DNA of 64,000 nucleotides from NCBI RefSeq assembly GCF_009914755.1, contig NC_060929.1, one strand, 5' to 3'. Source of the stretch: the human T2T-CHM13v2.0 reference genome, Homo sapiens. The notes beneath the pieces are model-generated. The model was not told the DNA's origin. It did no database searches and saw nothing but the letters and a program-made list of their open reading frames with translations. Position 1 is the first letter of the stretch. The number at the start of each line of letters is the position of its first letter. Shown piece after piece: positions 53,511-64,000 of the stretch. The translations under genes were made by a program, and so were the position numbers.

Positions 53511-55312
53511 TGAAATATGACACGTGACAATGAAACAGAATTGTCTTTATGAGATTTATGTCTTCTCTTAGCCAGAGATTAGCCAAGCATTTGTTCCTTA
53601 AAAATGAAAAGTCATGATGCCTGTGTAGTGAGCCATCTGCTGCTCAGCAGACTGCATAAGAGACTTGCCAGCCACTTCTGCTTTTATATTTATGAACTGA
53701 CGTTCACTTCTTAGATGGTAGGAATTAATCCAGTGGGACTCTACTTTGAAAGTAAGTTTCTTATGGGAATTTACCTGCAGGCTTGGCAGGCGAACCCTTT
53801 GGGCAGAATAGTGACTCCCAAGCACCATGGCATGTTTGTTTTCGAGAGTTTTTGTGTCCCTCCTCTGGTTCTTCTTCCTGGGAGCACCACCTCCATGCTC
53901 ATATGCATTGACATAGAAGTCCTTTCACCACTGAATGTAAAGAGCCAGCCTAAAAATGAGAAATTAATTTACCTTCGCCCCAGGGTAGCTTAGAGACAGC
54001 TTTTAAATTTTGATGTTAAAAAGCACTTGGAAAGACAGTTCATTTTGGAGCCTGCGGAAGGAATTACTTTAGTTAAGGGCTTAACGTAAACCTAAGTAGC
54101 AGACCATTAGGCAGAGGTCTACATTTGGCATTGAAACTTAAATTTCAATACTATAATGAAAATTTCCACCATAAAAGAGACTCGGGTGTCTGATTTTCAT
54201 CGTTATGCAATTTTCAGCTCATAATCTCAGAATCCGTAAATGCCTTTAGGATCTAATTTGCAAAGAGAATTACGTATTGCAAGGAGCCATGTAAAGTATA
54301 TAACTAGTTCTGTGGAAAGCAAAGCTGTGAGTGACATCTAATTAGGCTACAATATCAATGTGCTTTGGCTCTGGCACTCATCTGTCATTACTTTGAATAA
54401 GCCATTTGACCTTTATATTATATGTAGGGACCATACCTCTTCATTTGCCTGTTAGTTCTGTTGCCCTGGTATAAATTTAATTGCGCCTTTCTGCTTCAAT
54501 GTGCTGGTTTGGGTGATAAGTTATATGATCACTCACTATATACAATCTAGAATAAATGATAACACTTCATCATATTAGTTTCCCAAGTGTCTTTTTCACT
54601 AAGTTGATCATCTGTGGACCAAGGACCATCTAGTTGGCCTCTCAGAATAGTGTTTGGCTTTTGTTTGCTACATAGTGCTTGTCAAATGAAGGAATCAGCT
54701 TCTCAGGCTGCATCACGAGCCTGTAGGATTTGGATCCGTGAAATGTATGTGAGATCACCAAGCATAATGCTCCCCAGTGAAAACAGGACTCATCGAATGC
54801 CAAGACGCTCAGTCATGGTTGATTACCAGACCACAGAAAACCTGGCAGAGCTGGCACGTCAGTAGCAGACACGTACATGTATTTGATATGCACGCTCACC
54901 CATAGCTGCCTTGGAGACAAGGTGCTGTCGGCAGACCAGAAGTTGGGAAAAATTTCTGATAGGCTTAGGATCTGGCTGGCACTGCTGTCAGGAATAACAA
55001 TAATACTACAAAATATATTTATAGTGCTTTTCAGTTTTCAGAGCCACTTGAAACAGTTTGCAGAGTGTTTCATTTGATTTTGGCACTAACCCAAATCATA
55101 GCACTTGGCATACTGTACTATAGTTGCCCATTTTCTTCTCTGATTCCTGCTCTAAGCTGTAACGTAGGTCAGGCCCACACCTGTTTCTTGTTCACTATTG
55201 TTTCCCCAGCACTTGAGGGTGCTCTTTCCAGGTGTGTGATAAATACGGATGGAAAGCATGATGAGTGCAGGGCAACTACTATCTCCTACATTTTCTAAAT
55301 GAGGGACACTGA

Positions 55313-55681
<369 letters not shown>

Positions 55682-56236
55682 TAACCTGTAAGCTCCTGTT
55701 CAAGCCTGGACCTTTGGATTCAAAGTTCAGTGCTCTTTCTGTTGAATCAGTACCCAGAAGAAGGAGCATTGTGTTCATTGTATGAGGGTGACAACTTTGC
55801 AAGAAACATAGAAAGATGGGAGACTGCAGTTCCTTCCACATGGGATTTGCTTCCCCTACCTACACTTGCTAACATCTGCTGTTTCTTTTAGGATCCACTG
55901 AGTCCTCCTCCAGGGAGCCTTCCCTGCTGCCCTGCCCCTTGACTGGCTTAGGTGCCACTATTCAGCGCTACTACAATAGCTGGTGCTCATTTCTGTCGTT
56001 GTACTTAACAACAGCTGCTGCTGCCCATGGGGGCTCCCTTGGTGCCAGACACTGAGCTGAGAGCTTCACATTTCCTCACGATTGCCCCAGGAGGGAGGCT
56101 GTTCATACTTCGTTTTTCAAGTGGGAAACTGAGGTTCAGGAAAGTCATCTAACTTGTACAAGGTCACCCAGCTTGTAAGTGGTTGACCTAGAAATCATCT
56201 GACTCTAGGCTGCTGAGCCCACCACACCCCACTTAA

Positions 56237-56537
<301 letters not shown>

Positions 56538-57308
56538 ATTTATCATGTATCATGATAAATACATGATTATCAGACATTAATATACCAGCTTTCCCCCACT
56601 GGACTGCACACTCCTCAAGGGCTGGCATGAGGGCTTATTCCTCTTCAGCATCTAGTACCTTTCCTGGCACCAAGGCAGCACTTACTAAATACTTGTTGGG
56701 TGTACGAGCAAGAGAGGCAGCGAAGAGAGCTGTGGGAGCCCAAGTGAAAACAGGGACTGCATCAACTTCTTGGACCAGCCTGGGATCTCCTGGGTTGCGT
56801 TGCTTTTTGTGACTGACTTTCTGCTCTGCTGGCTGTGATCACTGCTCCTGCACATTGCCCTTGCTGCTCAGAACAGACACTGTGAGCTATGCCTGGAGGC
56901 TTTTGGCCCTGGGGCATCTTCCCCACACCTGGGGCTTGGCTCCCTGGGAGAGAAGGAGAGTTCTTAGCTGCAAGCCACTGGGTGGCCACTCCAGAAGACA
57001 TCTGGAAGGAGGACTCTCCAGAGGGTTTCTTGGGCCTTTTCTTGTCTGAAGTAATTTGCTCCCTTTTATTTCCCATTTAAAAAATCTGGAGTTATTTCCA
57101 ATGTTTGGTAATTCCACACTTCATTTGTTATTGTGGGGAAAGTCCTGTGCTGAATTTTTTTCATCCCTACTCTTAAAACTAAATATAGGAATGCCTCATG
57201 TCAGCCTGCATTTTGTCCCCACTCAACCCACTGACACTGCCTCTCACCAAGGTTACCATGACCTCCCTGTCAAACCTCATGACCCCTTTCACGCCTTGTT
57301 TTACTTGA

Positions 57309-57783
<475 letters not shown>

Positions 57784-57849
57784 TAAATTCTCTTCTTAAC
57801 TCCAGTTGATCTTGTCCCTTTCTGTAGTTCCATTTATCAGCAACATATC

Positions 57850-58193
57850 TGTGTTGGTGCATTTTGTCACTGCTATAAAGAAATACCTGAGACTGGGTGC
57901 TTTATAAAGGAAAGAGGTTTAATTGACTTACAGTTCCGCATGGCTGGGGAGGCCTCAGGAAACTTACAATCATGGCAGAACGAGAAGAGACATGTCTTAT
58001 ATGGCGGCAGGCTAGAGAAGTGTTAGGAGCGAAGAGGGAAGAGTCCCTTATAAAACCATCAGATCTCATGAGAACTCACTATCACAGAGCATTCACCCCC
58101 ATGATCCAGTCTCCTCCCACCAGTCTCTCCCTAGACATGTGGGAATTACAATTCAAGATGAGATTTAGATGAGGACGCAGCCAAACCATATCA
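57850..58193 (-). mobile_element. MaLR solo LTR (MST/THE1 family)
   Basis: CACTGCTATAAAGAAATACCTGAGACTGGG...GGAAACTTACAATCATGGCAGAA...CAGCCAAACCATATCA terminus. Confidence 0.92.
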
Positions 58194-59040
58194 ATGCCAA
58201 AAACCATATCCCAGATCTCCTACCTGTTCTTTAGGCCCATCTACCCAAATGTCTGCCAAGCCAGTTGACTGTTACACATGAATGGTTCCCCTTCCTCCCC
58301 TGCACCCACACCTGTGTGTCTCCCTGTTTCCATGAATTCCATCTGGTGCATGGAAACCTGGCCAGCTTCCTTTACTCATCACTGACTTCTCAACAATGAT
58401 CAAGACCTGTTGATTCTGTTCTCACAGCAGCCTACCAGTCACCATCCCCACTGCCACCACCTCAGCCCAAGCCTTGGCCATCTGGCCTTCCTGACCCTTT
58501 TTACTGGCTCATTCTCTACTCTGAAACCTGTGGGATTGTTCTACCATGCAAGCTTGAACACAGCACTCTCCTGCATAAGAGTCTTTGATGGCCCCATGGA
58601 TACTATATACTCCTTAATCCTTTTATTAACTGGGAGGCCTGGGTGACCTACTCTGGCTTGCCATTGCAGCGTCTGTTTACACTCTTTACTTTGACCTTAC
58701 TGTACTTGTTGCACTTCTGCAACCTTGCCCTGTTTCCTCTCATCTCTGGGGAACACTGTGTTCTTAAACATCACTTCCTTCAGAAAGCCTTTCCTGCTTC
58801 CCCCTCCTTACACCTTCCTCCTCCATGCTCCCTAAACTTGATGGGAGAACTCTCGCGTGTTAGGGAAGCATCATCCCCAGTGGGGCACTTATCAGTGTGT
58901 TGTCATCACCTGGTTATTTGTCTCATTCTCTGTGGGCCATACCTGTCTTCCCAGTTGTATCTCCTCAGTGCCAAGCACAGTGGCTGGAACAGAGTGACAA
59001 ACATTTATTTATACGTGACATGAATGAGTAAACAAATGAA
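58194..59040 (+). mobile_element. L2 LINE relic, probably continuous with ~57200-57850 upstream
   Basis: Pyrimidine-rich L2-like blocks (CATCACTTCCTTCAGAAAGCCTTTCCTG) and 3' end CAGTGCCAAGCACAGTGGCTGGAACAGAG...ATGAATGAGT. Confidence 0.6.
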
Positions 59041-59204
59041 TTACACCGGAATAGATTTCTGGACAATTCATTTTGCAAAAAGAGGAACTTTAGCTCCCCA
59101 CTTTGGAGATGCCAGTGTCTTTGAGATGTTAAGGATTTTTTGTTTTGTTTTTGTTTTTTAATTCTTTAACTATGTTACAGGTTTAGCAATGCCTCCGATT
59201 CAGG

Positions 59205-59895
59205 AATTTGTTTAAAACCCCCCAGTGGCTTAGAGCTGCACATAGAATAAAATCTAAACTGTTTCTCATGGTCTACATGGTCAGCCATTGTTTACCTGAC
59301 TTAACTAACCTCTCCGACCTCCCCTGACACGGCTGCCTCCCTGGCTTGTACGCTCCTGTGCTTATTCTTGTCCCCGTACAAAGCACATCCATTCTCGCTG
59401 TGAGGCCTTAGCAGCACCTGCTCCTGCTGCCTCAGAAGGTTCTTCCCTGATCCTTACATGCTATAGCCTGCCCTGACCCTTCTGTCCCCACACCCATCAC
59501 TGTCTACCACATCACTCTGTGTTATTTCCCTAATGGTAGTAAGAGTTGACAACTCTTACTACTCTTACTACTGTTAACTCATCTCAGCTACTATTCTGGA
59601 GGAACACAAAGCACTCGGCTTTGGTGCTAACCCACTGGGAGTTGGCCTTATCTTGAACAGTTGCAAAACTCATCCACAGTTCATCATCTGCTGAAGAGTG
59701 GCTTGCAGATGATGAACTGGGAAACTCCATAGGTTTCCCTCTGAAATGTTCTTGCCCGGTATTTCACTCGTTTGTCTCTCCTCATGACACTAAGCTCCAT
59801 GAGAGTAAGGCCTGTCCTGTCTTGTGTATCACAGGATTCTCAGCACTTAGGACAAGACCTGGCTCTGATGCTTCCTAAATATTTGTTAAGTGAAT
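59205..59895 (+). mobile_element. L2 3' relic carrying a non-L2 insertion at ~59536-59740
   Basis: CCAGTGGCTT...AGAATAAAATCTAAACT, then CACCATCACTCTGTGTTATTTCC. Resumes CTAAGCTCCATGAGAGTAAGG...CAGCACTTAGGACAAGACCTGGC...AAATATTTGTTAAGTGAAT. Confidence 0.7.
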
Positions 59896-60948
59896 CCGTT
59901 TTAGTTTAAAAAAACAATAAAACTTGGTTTGTTGATAAGCTATGAACTCCTTTACCCAAACCCTGTCATTAACATGGAAGATGCACAAGATCATTTATTA
60001 TCTACTCTAGCTAATTGGCCTAGGAGATAATTCACATAACAATTGATTTTTATATACTCATAGCCCTGAAATTTCCTGGCTATAAAGACAAATCCCTTGC
60101 TCTATGTGTGTGGTGGCCTGGCCATGCCAGTTCTCTTAAGTAAACAGTCACTCTGTCGTTATCCACCCAATTCTCAAAATCAAGCCCCATGTAAATAGTC
60201 ATCTCCATAAATCCTGTCAAGAAAATTAATTTTTAGGGTACAGTCATTGGTTTTATTGTAGTCCTCCTAATCCTGTGTGACATAGATCCTTTGGAAAGTT
60301 GGTGCTACCAGTTGGGAAGTGCCCCAGCAGGCCCCGTGGTTGTCTGGCTTTGTTGACTGTCTGAATGCAACACGTTGACAATGGGTTAGCTGCTTTGGTT
60401 TTAGGGTTATTCTCCTTATGCCTCATGCAAATGAAAAGTGGCAAAAAAAAAAAAAAAAAAAGAAAAAAAAACCTCATTTCCTTTCCTAGATAAGGCCTGT
60501 AGGGGAATTTCGGCTGTTCTTGGTGGCAGTATAATCTCACAAAAGATGTATAAACACAGTGCTTTGCCAAATATTTACAGAGCTGAGGGGCAAGAGGTGG
60601 GTTGGCATAGGGCCAGATTAAAATGTCCTGGAAGGTTTTCTGTGATTCCTCAGAATGCCAAATTCATATACATGGTCTCCTCACCTGTGAAATGGGGCTA
60701 ATGGTAGGACCTGCCTGCTGATCTTATCGTGGGGATTGAGGAGATAATGAGAGCCGTGTGCTCCGTGACCTGCCTGGTAATAAGCCTTCAGTAAATGTTA
60801 ACTCTTAGTACTATTAGCTCATCTCAGCTACTATTCTGGAAGAACACAAAGCTCACAGCTTTGGTGCTAACCCACCGGGAGTTGGCCTTATCCTGAACAG
60901 TTGCAAAACTCACCCACAGTCCATCCTGTGCCGGGGAGCAGCTTGCAG
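59561..60948 (+). repeat. Dispersed direct repeat: 59561-59708 and 60801-60948 (148 bp, offset 1240)
   Basis: Ungapped hand alignment gives 18 mismatches in 148 positions (~88% identity). Confidence 0.95.
60670..60815 (+). mobile_element. MIR SINE relic (core to tail)
   Basis: CCTCACCTGTGAAATGGGGCTAATGGTAGGACC...GGATTGAGGAGATAATG...CAGTAAATGTTAACT. Confidence 0.75.
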
Positions 60949-62214
60949 GCAACTCATTTCTTGAGCTCTTCCCTGCCCACACGTACTGTGAGTTGCCAAG
61001 AAAGCAGCAGCTGCATTCACCAGTGGAAATTCCCCCGGGGCCTCCTCGGACGCCACCCCTACCTCTGGTTATGGGCGAAGGCGTACCAGGGGAATGGCTT
61101 CCTCCACCAACTCCTTAGTGTCTGATGTAGGTCTCTGACTACCAGTGTGAGTCCTGTGGCTCCTCAGCAGTGTCTCTGCGCCTGTCTCTGTCGTGCTCCT
61201 AAGCAGGCAGAGATGCTGGTGGAGAATATAGTAGAAGGGACTTGGGGAAGGACTCCATTTTCTTAAGTTTCAGTAGAAGTTTGGATAACCTGTAGTTTTT
61301 AAAGATTGATGCTCCTGCCTTCTTTCCTCTCCTCATGGTAACCAAATGGTTTGAAGTTCCCTTTGCCCCTGTTCAGAAACTCTGACCCTTGAATAAAGGG
61401 GTAAAGTATTTAGATTCTGAAAGTTTCATGGGGGAAAGGGGTTAAGGGAAAGCAGTGTATGTGTGCAAATGCTGACAGTCTGAATATTACATTATCTATT
61501 TCAACAAATAAACCTTGGACCAGATCAGGCTATCCAATACAGAGACAACATTGATCTTTCAGGAGGGATCTGCCAAGTCTGAAATGCCAGCTGTCCCTTC
61601 CTGCCCATTAGGGGGTAGAGAATGCCTCTTTTGGACTAGCTGAAATACTCATTACAAATATTCAGGCCTCCCCCTAACCTGAATTAATGTATTATTGCTT
61701 ATCCTTTTGTCTCTCCCGTAAAAACATGTATAAGGAGCATTCCCTGGTGATTCCCTGAGGGTTATGGAGGGACATTTTACCTGCCAGAGTGTCTCCAGCA
61801 TCACAGCTGGAGGTGCCGTGGGTGGGGGTCTGTGTGCCTGTGTGTGTGCAGCATGTGTGTATCTACTATATAAAAGCTCATTCATTCCCTTGCTATAATT
61901 CAGTGTTCAGACTCAGCTTGCTGACTGATGGACTGGGGGAAGCCAGTAATTCTTAATTCAGGAGAAGAGGCTAAGGGAGAACAAATCTACCCTCCTGTCT
62001 CTCATCGGCCCCCTTGTTCTGAAACACTGCAGTGGTTCAGAGAAGTCCCCTCTTAGAGCTTTCATTTCTTTTGGAGGGATGGTTTGAACCTAGACTGGAT
62101 CTGCCCCATTTTTGCCTTAGCAAGTCTTGATGAGTTCATTGGACAGAGGCAACAAAATCCATATACTCAAGAGACTGAAAAAGGGGAGTGGAGGGAAGGA
62201 ACGTGTGTGAGGCC

Positions 62215-62800
62215 AAATTGCCCCACTGGGGGTGGGATTATAAAGGAGTGCGACCTTTCTGGCAATACGTGTTGTAAGCCTTATGATGGGCTTATATTTT
62301 GACTCAGCCACTGCACCCCTAGTATTTATCAGAAGGAATTAATGAGAGGTCTATGCAACAGTGAGTGGATTTTTACCCCTGTATTATTTACTATAGTAAG
62401 AGAAATAATTTAAATGTCCAACAATACTGATGGTTGGGTAGTTTTCACACAGCCATGAACTACAATGCAACTACTGGAAATTATATTGCTGATAACTGTT
62501 TATTAATATGGGGATATTACATAACAAAACTACTTTGTTGAAGAAAACAGAGTGAAAAAGTATGTAAATTATGGTGTCATTTTAATGCACAAGATGAAAT
62601 ATGTATGGATACATATATACACAAAGACAGGTTCTAAAATAGTCACTAATGTGTTAACTGTGGTATCTGGAGTAGGAGTACTGATAAGATTGGTTTGGTT
62701 TTGTCTTTTGCCTGTTGTTTTTTAACAATAAGTATGAAGTCTTTTTATAGCTAGAAACAACAAAGTTTCTTTCTGTATTAAGAAAAAATTTCTGCATTAA
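62215..62800 (+). mobile_element. Old L1 (L1ME-like) ORF2 end plus 3' UTR relic
   Basis: CACTGGGGGTGGGATTATAAA...CCTTTCTGG...TTTGACTCAGCCACTGCACCCCTAGTATTTATC...TAAATGTCCAACAATA parallels the L1 consensus order. Confidence 0.6.
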
Positions 62801-64000
62801 AAATATATGTTATGGGGCATCCCTCCTTTTTTTCTTTTACCAAAAACGAAGTAGAAAGAAAGTAAGCTGGCTCTGAATATTTGAATTAAGCAGAGCCCTG
62901 GAGTCCTCCTTGTTTATTTTTGCTTTTCCAAAAGCAAATTTTTCCAAAAGCAAAAAATGGCTGCACACACCCTAAGGCTATTTATTTCCTTCCTTAACTC
63001 CACTACTTTATCCGGTTCAGCAAGTATCAATCCTTGCCATTCTGTCAAGAGAGCACTTTCTGTTTACCAGACACGGTGCCCACCTCTTGATGTATGTTAA
63101 CTCCTGCAGTCCACACAAACACCCTTTAGGGTAACTTTTACCCTCGTTTTCAAAAGAGGGGAGTGAGGCAGAGTTGTCACAAGGCTGGCGAGCAGAGGAG
63201 TGAAGCTTCCCAGCCACACTCTGCCTGCACTACCCCTCCCTTGCTTTCCCACTTGACCTTGCATCCCCGGTGGGAAGTTTCTCACTGAATGTCCTCTAGG
63301 CCTGTCTTCCTAAAGGAGCCATCCTATTTAAAGAGCCAGGATTTAGCTTCTCTGCAGAGATGAGGGCAGGGAGAGAAGTAAGAAGTTAAGAGGCCATGGC
63401 TCAGAAGGAAAAGGAGGGAGGAAAGCTATTGCAATGGCCCACCTGCCACCCTCAAGAAAGCCATTCTCAGAAGCCTAACATTCAAGGATCCAGTCCAGCC
63501 TACCTTGTCCAGCTTAGGAATGGGAACTGTTTGTCACTCACCTTGTGGAATATTATAATATCACCTTGTAGAGTATTATAATAAGAATGAGCAGTGCCAT
63601 CTCTGGCAGCATTTGTATGAAACGTTATGTCATGCTGCTTTTAAGAACATGGAGTCCAAGGATAAAGCCAACCCCAAGGAGGAAGTAATGCCCTGTGACT
63701 CTGTCCCTTTCCCCCAACCCTGTCCCCACTCCATCTCCACATGGGGCTCCTAAGAAGCCATCCACAGCAGTGCCTAGGGACTCAGACTCCTCACTATGCC
63801 ACCATCAGTATGAGTGTGGACTGGGAGGTACTGATTCTTCCCCATCTTCCCAGGCCTATTTGCTACAACATCAAGCCTCTCTTTGATAACACCAGCTTTT
63901 CTTTGAGCAAACCAATGGAGAAACAGACATCTCCTGTTTTCCTGCCCTGAAAGAAGAGTCTGGGGCTTACTGAAGTTTCATAAATGAGCCAGAGCTCAGG

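Overview
Primate (very probably human) genomic DNA lying entirely inside the + strand gene ARHGAP26 (GRAF1, a RhoGAP). Two coding exons are recognisable by translation and canonical splice sites: 11362-11500 (139 nt, IFNTVPDMPLTNAQLHLSRKK...QSTEK) and 24626-24776 (151 nt, QEQRNSIINSS...PTRPNSL). They encode the region from the end of the RhoGAP domain into the Ser/Pro-rich linker before the SH3 domain. The rest is intronic and full of repeats: 16 Alu copies or fragments (11 antisense), an L1M 3' segment with a nested Alu, MaLR/ERV LTRs, MER DNA-transposon relics, and many MIR/L2 relics. Almost all ORFs in the track are spurious or Alu-derived. I see no prokaryote-type system (no CRISPR array, operon or RNA gene) and no convincing new gene. 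The most unusual structure is a 148-bp local duplication (59561-59708 vs 60801-60948) whose inserted copy is bracketed by perfect fold-back hairpins. Also worth checking are an in-frame alternative acceptor, several candidate poison exons, and a beta-defensin-like cysteine spacing that probably arose by chance in decayed L1. Repeat subfamily names are recalled from consensus sequences, and boundaries of old repeats are approximate.
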